From Bacteroidales bacterium (lineage in GTDB: Bacteria; Bacteroidota; Bacteroidia; Bacteroidales; UBA12077), in the NCBI GenBank assembly GCA_035269575.1, contig DATFIZ010000068.1:5064-69063 (forward strand): a stretch of 64,000 nt of DNA. Direction: 5' to 3'. The position numbers and the translations under genes are program-made. This document shows positions 19,506-28,739 of the stretch, piece after piece. The notes under the pieces are model-generated. The model saw only the letters and a program-made list of their open reading frames with translations. It was not told the DNA's origin and made no database searches. Position 1 is the first letter of the stretch; every line of letters starts with the position of its first letter.

Positions 19506-19889
19506 CCTATTGTCGCTCTTTACGGGCTGATATCTATGCTTATCTTCAAAAAAGTCCATAAGCTGGGTTCTTTTTTTAAAATTTGCTGAATGTTTTACCC
19601 CAGCCGGAACATAGTAATGATCTCCTTTGAAATAAGTTTTTGTTTCTCCTCCAATAGTTAAGTCCATTTCACCTTCAAAGACAATTCCCCATTGAGCTCC
19701 GTGAGCATGCTCAGGAACAATCCCAATTGCATCTATAACAAAAAATATGGCTTGATTATTCTCTCCCTGCAATATTTTTCCGTTTACGCCGTCGAATGGA
19801 ATATCAGCATCCGGCAAATCTTTAATAATTTCCGGATAAATTGATTCATCAAATTCTTTCATAGGTTTCGTGTTTAAATTATAACTCAA
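19500..19889 (-). CDS. Cupin domain-containing protein
   Basis: 129 aa with cupin motifs PEHAHGAQWGIVFEGE and GDHYYVPAGVKH. Confidence 0.75.
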   Translation of the reverse strand: MSYNLNTKPMKEFDESIYPEIIKDLPDADIPFDGVNGKILQGENNQAIFFVIDAIGIVPEHAHGAQWGIVFEGEMDLTIGGETKTYFKGDHYYVPAGVKHSANFKKRTQLMDFFEDKHRYQPVKSDNRL

Positions 19890-20421
19890 TTTTTCCTTCC
19901 TCGATTAATTTATGTTTTTTTGCCAGCATTGCAATCAACTTACTAATGCGCCCCATAGCTTCTGCTGTTGAAGGAGAAATAGTTTTTTGCTGTAACCGCA
20001 ATACTAAAAAACCATAAAGACCATTAAAGCAAGCTTCAATTTCATTTCCAACAGCACCTTTTGATTTGTTGGTTAACTCAATAACATCATCCTTTGCCTG
20101 GTTAAAGGCCTCAATATAATCAAGGTGCTCAGGAGATTTTAGCAATCGACGATGCAAATCATTCAGATCGTTTACTGTATTCTCAATAAATTGGAGATGC
20201 CCGGATTCTTCTTTTCCCTCTTCTTTGAATAAATCAATTAATCCAAGGTACCAGTCTTTAATTTCCTTTTTCACCGTTTCCGGCTGGTCAAATTTATCGA
20301 TGATATTTTGAGAAATTTTATCAATGTCAAATTTATTTGCCCGAATCAAATCCTCGACTTGCCACATATATAATACATATTCAGCAATATTTTCACTCTT
20401 TTTCGCTCTGGCTATAATCAT
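19879..20421 (-). CDS. DUF4924-like conserved Bacteroidota protein
   Basis: 180 aa and all-helical. N-terminus ENIAEYVLYMWQVEDLIRA. It has the conserved position next to hslR-pth. Function is unknown. Confidence 0.6.
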   Translation of the reverse strand: MIIARAKKSENIAEYVLYMWQVEDLIRANKFDIDKISQNIIDKFDQPETVKKEIKDWYLGLIDLFKEEGKEESGHLQFIENTVNDLNDLHRRLLKSPEHLDYIEAFNQAKDDVIELTNKSKGAVGNEIEACFNGLYGFLVLRLQQKTISPSTAEAMGRISKLIAMLAKKHKLIEEGKIEL

Positions 20422-20428
20422 GGCTTGG

Positions 20429-20815
20429 TTAATTTTTCTTTTTCAATTTATCAATTAATCGTCGTTCGCGTTTTGTAGGTCTTCCATACCCTTTTTGTCT
20501 GAATTCAAACCCTGCATAGTTTTTCATCTCGAGTTTTACTTTTTCTTCTTCAGGGGTAATATCTTCTACATAATCGGAAGCAATTTTTGCTGATTTACGA
20601 CTAGATAACAGTCCCAGCACTTTATACTGATAGGTAACCGGCGGACGTTTAACAAATACCACCTCCCCTGCATTTAGTGTTCGTGAAGGTTTAACCTGGA
20701 CATTGTCAATAATTATTCGACCTTTCTTACAAGCTTCGGCAGCCTTACTGCGGGTTTTAAAGATCCGAACAGCCCATAACCATTTATCTATACGCAAATT
20801 ATCATCATGATCCAT
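20429..20815 (-). CDS. hslR: RNA-binding S4 domain protein (Hsp15-like ribosome-associated heat shock protein)
   Basis: RIDKWLWAVRIFKTRSKAAEACKKGRI...VKPS, plus a basic C-terminal tail. Confidence 0.85.
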   Translation of the reverse strand: MDHDDNLRIDKWLWAVRIFKTRSKAAEACKKGRIIIDNVQVKPSRTLNAGEVVFVKRPPVTYQYKVLGLLSSRKSAKIASDYVEDITPEEEKVKLEMKNYAGFEFRQKGYGRPTKRERRLIDKLKKKN

Positions 20816-20875
20816 AATGATTCTTTTTAACCAATAAATATTGTAAAATTAGGAATTAACCCAAAGGAATAAAAA

Positions 20876-21439
20876 TTAACGATTATTAAACTCGTTCATT
20901 GTATTCTCAACACCAATAACTCCGAAACTTTTAATCATTTCAATGGCCATTTCAATTCGTTCGGGAAGCATCTCTTTTTCCTCTTCGCTCCATGGGCTTA
21001 ACACATAATGAGCCTGAGCTCCTTTGGGATAGTGATCTCCAATTCCAAATCGCAGACGAGCATAATTTTGGTTTCCCAACGTTGTGGTGATATCTTTTAA
21101 TCCGTTATGCCCGGCATCACCACCCCTGGGTTTCAATCTTAAACTGCCAAACGGAAGTGCCACATCATCAATAATTACGAGTAATTTTTCAGGAGGTAAC
21201 TTTTCTTTGGCGAGCCAGTAGTTTACAGCTCTGCCACTCCGATTCATATAAGTTGATGGTTTGATTAGAACAAATGTTCTACCTTTAAACTTATATTCCG
21301 CTCTAAAAGCATAACGACGGTCCTCAAAAACAATATTGGATGCATCAGCCAATGCATCCAATATTTTAAAACCTATATTATGTCGGGTATTAACGTACTC
21401 GTTTCCAATATTCCCTAAACCGGCAATAAGGTATTTCAA
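20876..21439 (-). CDS. pth: Peptidyl-tRNA hydrolase
   Basis: GLGNIG.EY..TRHNIGF, MNRSG and GGDAGHNGL. Confidence 0.93.
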   Translation of the reverse strand: MKYLIAGLGNIGNEYVNTRHNIGFKILDALADASNIVFEDRRYAFRAEYKFKGRTFVLIKPSTYMNRSGRAVNYWLAKEKLPPEKLLVIIDDVALPFGSLRLKPRGGDAGHNGLKDITTTLGNQNYARLRFGIGDHYPKGAQAHYVLSPWSEEEKEMLPERIEMAIEMIKSFGVIGVENTMNEFNNR

Positions 21440-21456
21440 GGCAATATTTGTTTTAA

Positions 21457-22122
21457 TTAATTTTGCTCATTAGATTCAGCAGCTTCTTCAGCTGGTGTTT
21501 CTCCTTCGGCACCTTCTATTCCTTCTTCAGTCTCAGCAGCTTCAGCTTCTAATGCTTCAATTTCTTCTGGTAATGTAGCACCACGTGCACTCTTAACTAA
21601 AACAACTACAGCGCTGTCGGGCTCAAGGAAATTAACATCTTTATAAGGTAAATCTTTAACCTTAACTGAATCTCCAATCTCTAACGGAGAAATATCAATA
21701 ACAACTTCATCGGTTAAATTCTCTGGTAATGCTTTAATTCTTAATTTTCTCATTTTTTGTACCAGACGTCCACCGTTTAAAACACCTACAGCAGAACCTT
21801 CAAGACGAACAGGAATTTTCATCCATACAGGTGTTTTATCCTCAATCGCAAAAAAATCGGCGTGTAAAATCTTATCAGTAACCGGATGGAATTGTACATC
21901 TCTTAATACCGCCTTGTGTTTTTTCCCGTCAAGATCAATATTAACAAGATATGCATTGGGTGTATAAACAAGTTCTTTAAACGAATTTTTATGGGTGTGA
22001 AAATGAACATTGTCCCCTATTCCATAAATTACACAAGGTACCTGTTCCTGATCTCTTAATTGTTTAGAAGTCTTTTTCCCTACATTTTCTCGTATACTAC
22101 CTTTTACTTCAATTGCTTTCAT
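21457..22122 (-). CDS. rplY: 50S ribosomal protein L25 (Ctc form)
   Basis: 221 aa with N-terminal GK..SKQLR.....P.V.YG, two-domain Ctc length, and an acidic E/A-rich tail. Synteny is prs-ctc-pth. Confidence 0.9.
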   Translation of the reverse strand: MKAIEVKGSIRENVGKKTSKQLRDQEQVPCVIYGIGDNVHFHTHKNSFKELVYTPNAYLVNIDLDGKKHKAVLRDVQFHPVTDKILHADFFAIEDKTPVWMKIPVRLEGSAVGVLNGGRLVQKMRKLRIKALPENLTDEVVIDISPLEIGDSVKVKDLPYKDVNFLEPDSAVVVLVKSARGATLPEEIEALEAEAAETEEGIEGAEGETPAEEAAESNEQN

Positions 22123-22181
22123 CTTATTATTAATTATTATGTGTTATATTCTTTTTATTTTAAAACCGCAAATATAAAATT

Positions 22182-23120
22182 TTAAACGATAAAATTCGAA
22201 CTTATGGACTGATAATTATATACTTTATTAATAATATCAGCAAAAACTTCAGCAACAGAAAGCACCTTAATCTTTTCTGATAAAGGCTTAATGGGCAATG
22301 AATCTGTAACTACCACCTCAGTAATTTTCGAATCATTGATTCTTTCGTATGCCGGTCCTGATAAAACAGGATGAGTTGCAAAAGCCCTTACACTATTTGC
22401 ACCGCGTTCAATCATCATATCTGCTGCTTTAGTTACCGTTCCGGCCGTATCAATCATATCATCCAGAATAATAACATTTTTCCCTTCTACATCACCAATA
22501 ACAGTAAGTTCGTCAACTACATTTGCTTTTTTTCGAGATTTATGACAAATAACCAAAGGTGTTTCTAAGAATTTAGAATATGCATTAGCACGTTTGGTAC
22601 CTCCCATATCGGGAGCTGCCATAACCAGGTTATCCAGATTTAAATTTTTTATATAAGGAACAAAAATAGATGATGCATACAAGTGATCTACCGGAACATC
22701 AAAAAATCCCTGAATCTGGTCTGCATGTAAATCAAGCGTCATAATTCTGTCAACACCAGCTGCAGTAAGAAGATTTGCAACCAATTTTGCTGCAATCGAG
22801 ACCCTTGGTTTATCTTTTCTGTCCTGACGAGCAAAACCATAATACGGCATTACCGCTACTACTTTGTAAGCTGATGCCCTTTTGGCTGCATCAATCATTA
22901 ACAGAAGCTCCATTAAGTTATCGGCAGGAGGAAATGTAGACTGTATTATAAAAACATATGCTCCTCTAACCGTTTCCTCAAACGAAGTTTGAAATTCACC
23001 ATCACTAAATTCGGTAAAGGTTGTATTCCCTAACTCTATGCCGTATTCTTTTGCAATTTTTTCAGCAATAAATCGTGATTTGGTCCCTGAAAAGAGCTTA
23101 ATTGGAGGTTGAACACTCAT
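22182..23120 (-). CDS. prs: Ribose-phosphate pyrophosphokinase
   Basis: FSDGE, YYGFARQDRK, DLHADQIQGFF and DDMIDTAGT. Confidence 0.93.
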   Translation of the reverse strand: MSVQPPIKLFSGTKSRFIAEKIAKEYGIELGNTTFTEFSDGEFQTSFEETVRGAYVFIIQSTFPPADNLMELLLMIDAAKRASAYKVVAVMPYYGFARQDRKDKPRVSIAAKLVANLLTAAGVDRIMTLDLHADQIQGFFDVPVDHLYASSIFVPYIKNLNLDNLVMAAPDMGGTKRANAYSKFLETPLVICHKSRKKANVVDELTVIGDVEGKNVIILDDMIDTAGTVTKAADMMIERGANSVRAFATHPVLSGPAYERINDSKITEVVVTDSLPIKPLSEKIKVLSVAEVFADIINKVYNYQSISSNFIV

Positions 23121-23235
23121 TTTATGTTACTTTTCAAAAAAATTTATATCTATTTTTATGGATGTGCAAAGTTATAAATATCATTCTATTTTTCACCAAT
23201 TTAAGGTAAAATTATTCAGCGACAACTTAAAAAAA

Positions 23236-23829
23236 TTAGATTTGGCTGAGTTGATTAATAAAGCCGAGCAATTCTTCGCGTCCTTTTTTATTCTCGGCCG
23301 AAGTCAGGAAAATGTCGGGCAAAGCTTCCCATTCTTTCAGCATCTCGTTGCGGTAAAAATCAATGTTTGTTTTAAGTGCCGTTTCACTAAGTTTATCTGT
23401 TTTTGTAAATACCATGGCAAAAGGAATTTGATTCTCGCCAAGCCATTGCATAAACTCTAAATCATTGTTTTGTGGCTTATGTCTTGAGTCAATTAAAACA
23501 AACAAACAAATCAGATTTTCACGAAAAGCAGCATAATCTTTAATTAGCCGGTCAAAATCCTTCCGTATAGATTTTTTAACTTTCGCAAATCCGTAGCCGG
23601 GTAAATCGACCAAATGCCAGGAATTATTTACTAAAAAAAAATTTATTAACTGGGTTTTACCAGGCGTTTGTGATATTTTTGCCAATTTTTTGCGGTCAAG
23701 TAACATGTTGATTAATGATGATTTGCCAACATTTGAGCGTCCGACAAAAGCATATTCGGGAATATTACTACTCGGACATTGTTGATAGCCCGTATAACTG
23801 GAAACAAACGTTGCACTCTTTATATCCAT
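23236..23829 (-). CDS. engB: Ribosome biogenesis GTP-binding protein YsxC/EngB
   Basis: G1 GRSNVGKSSLIN, G3 DLPGYG and G4 TKTDK. Confidence 0.9.
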   Translation of the reverse strand: MDIKSATFVSSYTGYQQCPSSNIPEYAFVGRSNVGKSSLINMLLDRKKLAKISQTPGKTQLINFFLVNNSWHLVDLPGYGFAKVKKSIRKDFDRLIKDYAAFRENLICLFVLIDSRHKPQNNDLEFMQWLGENQIPFAMVFTKTDKLSETALKTNIDFYRNEMLKEWEALPDIFLTSAENKKGREELLGFINQLSQI

Positions 23830-23847
23830 TATAAATCATTTTAATGA

Positions 23848-24471
23848 TTAAAAAAACACGGAAAGCATGGCTGCTATTCCAAAAACAATAATTAATATTC
23901 CTGCTATTTTATTTATCCACCACAGTTGCTTTAGCCTGAATTTTTTTCGAAATAAATCGACAAAAAAAGTAAGTGAAGCCCACCAAAGCAATGCTCCAAA
24001 AAATACACCGGCAATGATTAAGGATGATTTAAAAGAGCTGTCTTTTGTTGTTACCAGACCAATCCCGGCAAATGCTGCCACAAAAAGAAAAACAGCCAAT
24101 GGGTTTGAGAGGGTTAAAAATAGAACAGATAGAAAATCCTCAACCAGCTTATTTTTCTTTTTTCGGTGTCGTCTGATTTGTTGTATAGGGTTTGTATTAA
24201 ATATACGTGCCCCAAGAAATATTAACACCCCTCCGCCAAACAACTGAATATAAAACTGCTGTTCTTCAATAAAATTAATAATAAATGTTAATCCTAATGC
24301 TGCCACAAGGGCAAAAAATGAATCAACAGTGGCAGCTCCCATTCCGGAAAACAACCCAGAAATGCGCCCTTTGTTTATAGTTCGTTGGATACACAATACA
24401 CCAACCGGTCCTAAAGGAATTGATGCCAAAAAACCAACAATTATTCCTTTTACTAAAAATTCAATTTCCAC
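23848..24471 (-). CDS. LysE/RhtB family amino-acid translocator
   Basis: 207 aa with about 6 TM helices. N-terminal GPVGVLCIQRT is typical of the family. Confidence 0.8.
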   Translation of the reverse strand: MEIEFLVKGIIVGFLASIPLGPVGVLCIQRTINKGRISGLFSGMGAATVDSFFALVAALGLTFIINFIEEQQFYIQLFGGGVLIFLGARIFNTNPIQQIRRHRKKKNKLVEDFLSVLFLTLSNPLAVFLFVAAFAGIGLVTTKDSSFKSSLIIAGVFFGALLWWASLTFFVDLFRKKFRLKQLWWINKIAGILIIVFGIAAMLSVFF

Positions 24472-24496
24472 AATAAATCTCCTGCACCCTTAAAAT

Positions 24497-25921
24497 TTAA
24501 TAATCAGTATTTTTCACCAACAGTCGCGGTTCCATCATCTCCTGAATGGTGTATTTCACTCCTTCTCTTCCAAAACCAGAATTTTTAATACCCCCATAAG
24601 GCATATGGTCTACCCTGAACGTTGGTACATCGTTAATAATAACTCCTCCTGCTTCAATCTCATTAAACGATTGGTTCATTTCCATTATACTATTGGTAAA
24701 AACACCTGCTTGTAAACCATATTCCGAATCATTAATCATACCTATGGCTTGTGAAAAGTCAGAAAATTTTTCGACAGTAACTACCGGACCAAAAACTTCT
24801 AAAGCACAGACCTTCATTTCTCGCTTGGTGTTAGTGATAATTGTTGGTTCAAAAAATGAACCTCTTCGTTTTCCTCCATATAATATTTTTGCTCCATCAG
24901 ACACGGCCTCATTTACCCAATCTTCAACTCGTCGGGCATTATCCTCATCTATCATCACGGAGATATCGGTAGTCTCGTCATCCGGAGCACCAAATATAAG
25001 CTTTTGCGTTTCGGAAATAAATTTATCCACAAAGGGTTCAAAAACCTTCTCATGTATCATTATCCGTTGTACATGAATACAAACCTGACCTGAATATGCA
25101 TAGCCTCCTACCAGGCATTTTTTTACCGCTAAATCAAGATCCGCTTGTTCTGAAACAATTACTCCTGCGTTTCCTCCTAACTCGAGGGCTATCTTCTTTT
25201 TACCTGCATTTGCTTTCATCTTCCATCCCACATGGGGTGAGCCCGTAAATGTAAGCATATTAAATCTTTCATCGGTTACCAATTGATTTCCCGCTTCTCT
25301 ATCCATAGGCAAAACAGAAAATGCACCTTTGGGAAGTTCTGTCTGATCGATAATTTTTGCAAGTTCCAAAACGGATAATGGAGTAGAACGTGCCGGTTTT
25401 ATTATTATTGCATTTCCTGATGCAATAGCAGGGGCAATTTTATGTGCTGCAAGATTTAACGGAAAATTAAAGGGTGCTATTCCTGCAATTAATCCCACAG
25501 GGAAATACTTAACCAACCCTTCTTTTTTTTCTCCGGCAGCTGTCCAGTCAATCGAAATATACTCTTTGGGTAACCTTTTTGACTCTTCGGCAGCTACCGT
25601 AAACACCTGGATGGCACGATTAATTTCTCCAAAAGCATACCTAAAAGGCTTTCCAGCCTCGCGAGCTAAAATTAAAGCCAGCTCATTACTGTTTGCCTCA
25701 AGCTGGTGAGCAATTTGCATTAAAATGGCATACTTTTTATGCGAAGGCAAATCCCTCATAATGGTTTTTGCCGATTGTGCTTTTTCAATAGCTTGCTCAA
25801 GCTCTTCTTTTCCTGCAAGGTATGTTTCTGCTACTACATTATTATCATACGGATTAAAAACCTTAAGTTTTGTGTTGGTTTGACAAAACTCGCCACCGAT
25901 ATATATATTATAATCCTGCAT
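24497..25921 (-). CDS. NAD(P)+-dependent aldehyde dehydrogenase family protein
   Basis: 474 aa. FTGS, the catalytic Glu in ALELGGNA, the catalytic Cys in SGQVCIHVQR, and PYGGIKNSG. Substrate is not assignable by eye. Confidence 0.88.
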   Translation of the reverse strand: MQDYNIYIGGEFCQTNTKLKVFNPYDNNVVAETYLAGKEELEQAIEKAQSAKTIMRDLPSHKKYAILMQIAHQLEANSNELALILAREAGKPFRYAFGEINRAIQVFTVAAEESKRLPKEYISIDWTAAGEKKEGLVKYFPVGLIAGIAPFNFPLNLAAHKIAPAIASGNAIIIKPARSTPLSVLELAKIIDQTELPKGAFSVLPMDREAGNQLVTDERFNMLTFTGSPHVGWKMKANAGKKKIALELGGNAGVIVSEQADLDLAVKKCLVGGYAYSGQVCIHVQRIMIHEKVFEPFVDKFISETQKLIFGAPDDETTDISVMIDEDNARRVEDWVNEAVSDGAKILYGGKRRGSFFEPTIITNTKREMKVCALEVFGPVVTVEKFSDFSQAIGMINDSEYGLQAGVFTNSIMEMNQSFNEIEAGGVIINDVPTFRVDHMPYGGIKNSGFGREGVKYTIQEMMEPRLLVKNTDY

Positions 25922-26066
25922 ATTCCTTTTACATTAAATTAATTGCAAAATTAATTTTTTCTGTTGAATCTCTAAAGAAAAAAACACGGTTTTACTAAAA
26001 GTTAAAACAAGCCAGCCAGTGAATTGTTAATTATATCTTATCTTTACCCATTAAATTTTTATATCG

Positions 26067-27032
26067 ATGTTTAAAATTAATTTTGAAAATAAAGGATGGC
26101 AGTGGGCTACACTTATTTTCTTGTCGCTCATATGGGGCAGTAGTTTTATATTAATGAAAAAAGGATTGCGCTCTTTTTCACATGATCAGGTAGCAGCCTT
26201 ACGTTTATTTATATCATTTATCGCTTTTATACCTTTTGGTATAAAAAACCTAAAAAAAGTAAGTAAAGAAAATATTGTTTCATTACTTGTTATTGGATTT
26301 ATAGGGTCAGGCGCACCTGCTTTTTTGTTTACCAAGGCTCAAACACAGGTAGACAGCTCCATGGCCGGAATTCTAAATTCACTAACTCCATTATTTACCT
26401 TAATCATAGGATTAATTTTTTATAAAAGCACAGCAAAATTAATTAATGCTGTAGGTATTGTGCTGGGATTAATTGGTGCTTTAGGTTTAATTTTACAATC
26501 GACTAACGGAGGAATAATACTAACTAATATTAATTATTATGGCCTTTTTGTTGTTGCTGCAACCATTTGTTACGGGATTAATGTAAACCAGGTAAGATAC
26601 AAGATCAAAGGGCTTACCGGATTAGAAATAACATCATTGGCATTTATGTTTATTGGTCCTTTGGCAGGAATCTACCTTCTTTTTACTGATTTCTCGAATA
26701 CATTAACCTCCAACGATTATCTGCTCAATTTAGGATTTATTGCGATCCTTGCCATTGTCGGAACTGTCTTGGCATTGGTAATTTTTAACACATTAATACA
26801 ACATACTTCGGCAATTTTTGGATCATCAGTAACGTATATTATTCCCGTTTTTGCAATTATGTGGGGGTTATTTGATGGGGAAATATTAAGTATTTTACAA
26901 TTTTTCTGGATTGCATTAATTATAATTGGTGTATATCTTGTAAATAAAAAAAATAAAAGTGCAGAAAAACAAAATAAAACTTTACAGTTAAACACTCAAT
27001 ATCATCATCAAACACAAAAAAAAGCTCAATAG
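26067..27032 (+). CDS. EamA/DMT family transporter
   Basis: 321 aa with about 10 TM helices in two EamA-like halves. Confidence 0.8.
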   Translation: MFKINFENKGWQWATLIFLSLIWGSSFILMKKGLRSFSHDQVAALRLFISFIAFIPFGIKNLKKVSKENIVSLLVIGFIGSGAPAFLFTKAQTQVDSSMAGILNSLTPLFTLIIGLIFYKSTAKLINAVGIVLGLIGALGLILQSTNGGIILTNINYYGLFVVAATICYGINVNQVRYKIKGLTGLEITSLAFMFIGPLAGIYLLFTDFSNTLTSNDYLLNLGFIAILAIVGTVLALVIFNTLIQHTSAIFGSSVTYIIPVFAIMWGLFDGEILSILQFFWIALIIIGVYLVNKKNKSAEKQNKTLQLNTQYHHQTQKKAQ

Positions 27033-27033
27033 A

Positions 27034-28641
27034 ATGAAAAAAACAAATCGATTTATTCTGGTTCTTTTAAGTTCTATTTTACTTACGCTACCATGGTATC
27101 AACAGTTCTCTGGAATTATTATCTTAATTGCTTTCATTCCACTTTTATTGGTCGAAGATTATTTATACCAATCCAGGAAAAAAAACAAATCCGTTGTGCT
27201 TTTTGGATATGCAGCAGTTACCTTCAGTATATGGAATATTTTAACGACTTACTGGATTCATAATGCGGCTCTTATTGGTGCTGTTGCTGCAGTTATCGTC
27301 AATACCCTTTTAATGTCAACTGTTTTTTGGATGTTTCATCTAACCAAACGAAAGTTGGGAGCAAAATTCGGACAATTTGCGCTTATAGTTTACTGGATTG
27401 GATTTGAGTACCTCTATTTAAATGCAGAGATTTCATGGCCATGGCTCAACCTGGGGAATGGTCTGGCAAAAGATATCAAACTAATACAATGGTACGAATA
27501 TACCGGAACTTTAGGTGGAACGCTCTGGATTTTACTAACCAATATTTTGTTGTTTAACTTAATCCGGTCTTATTTCACAAACAAAATCAATAAATCATTC
27601 ATCATTAAAACAACAGCATTAGTGCTCCTGATACTAATACCCATCCTAACATCATTAATCCTTTTTAACAACTACAAAGAAAAGGGGAAAGAATATTCAA
27701 TTGCTGTTCTTCAACCTAATATTGACCCCTATAACGATAAATTCAGCGGATTATCTCCTTTTCAGCAACTCCATATTATCTTAAATCTGGCCGACCGCAT
27801 TACCGACTCAAAAACGGATTATGTAGTTGCTCCCGAAACTTCATTAGATAATAATATATGGATTAATAATTTAGAAGATAATAATAGCATTCAGGCTATC
27901 CAACAATTTGTAAATAAATGGCCTTCCGTTAATTTTATTATTGGAATAGATGCGTTTAAAAAATATAAAGCAGATGAAGAACTAACTCCGACTGTTCGTT
28001 ATACCAAACAGGGAGGATTTTACTACGATGCATTTAATTCGGCTATTCAAATAGATACGACAGGTTATATTCCTGTTTATCACAAATCAAAACTAGTTGT
28101 TGGAGTAGAAAAAATGCCTTATCCTAAATTGTTTAAAATGCTTGAGAATGTAATTCTCGATTTGGGAGGAACAAGTGGAAGCCGTGGGACACAAGACTAC
28201 AGGGGAACTTTTAAACATACTACCGACGAAACACGAATTGCTCCGGTAATATGTTATGAATCCATTTATGGTGAATTTGTAACCGACTATATTAAAAATG
28301 GTGCCACCTTAATATTTATTATTACCAACGATGGTTGGTGGGGCAACACTTCAGGATATAAACAACATCTAAACTATGCACAAGTTAGGGCCATTGAAAC
28401 AAGAAGAAGTATTGCCAGAAGTGCCAACACCGGAATCTCTGCTTTTATAAACCAAAAGGGTGAAATAATACAACAAACCGGATGGTGGGTACCAGCTGCA
28501 ATAAAAAATACCCTAAGAGCAAATAAAGAACTAACTTTTTACGTGCGTAGCGGTGATTATATCGGAAGAATAGCTGGCTTTTTTGCATTATTAAGTATTT
28601 TATATACCCTTGTTCAAATATTAATGAAGAAAAAACAATAA
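27034..28641 (+). CDS. lnt: Apolipoprotein N-acyltransferase
   Basis: 535 aa with a multi-TM N-terminus and a C-N hydrolase domain carrying an E-K-C triad (VVAPETS, YHKSKLV, ICYESIY). Confidence 0.85.
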   Translation: MKKTNRFILVLLSSILLTLPWYQQFSGIIILIAFIPLLLVEDYLYQSRKKNKSVVLFGYAAVTFSIWNILTTYWIHNAALIGAVAAVIVNTLLMSTVFWMFHLTKRKLGAKFGQFALIVYWIGFEYLYLNAEISWPWLNLGNGLAKDIKLIQWYEYTGTLGGTLWILLTNILLFNLIRSYFTNKINKSFIIKTTALVLLILIPILTSLILFNNYKEKGKEYSIAVLQPNIDPYNDKFSGLSPFQQLHIILNLADRITDSKTDYVVAPETSLDNNIWINNLEDNNSIQAIQQFVNKWPSVNFIIGIDAFKKYKADEELTPTVRYTKQGGFYYDAFNSAIQIDTTGYIPVYHKSKLVVGVEKMPYPKLFKMLENVILDLGGTSGSRGTQDYRGTFKHTTDETRIAPVICYESIYGEFVTDYIKNGATLIFIITNDGWWGNTSGYKQHLNYAQVRAIETRRSIARSANTGISAFINQKGEIIQQTGWWVPAAIKNTLRANKELTFYVRSGDYIGRIAGFFALLSILYTLVQILMKKKQ

Positions 28642-28739
28642 AAACCTTCTTTTTTTGATTTTACAAAAGATAAGAATTAAATTTTAAACCTGTGGTATAA
28701 TTTTTATCAATGCTATTATATTTCTAATTAGCTACCAAA

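Noticed and set aside
19095-19889. Overlapping gene junctions as programmed recoding: manA/DCC overlap 23 nt, DCC/cupin convergent overlap 6 nt, cupin/DUF4924 overlap 11 nt
   Set aside because: These are short overlaps typical of compact operons and convergent ends. Each ORF has an independent start, and no slippery-site or frameshift signature is present.
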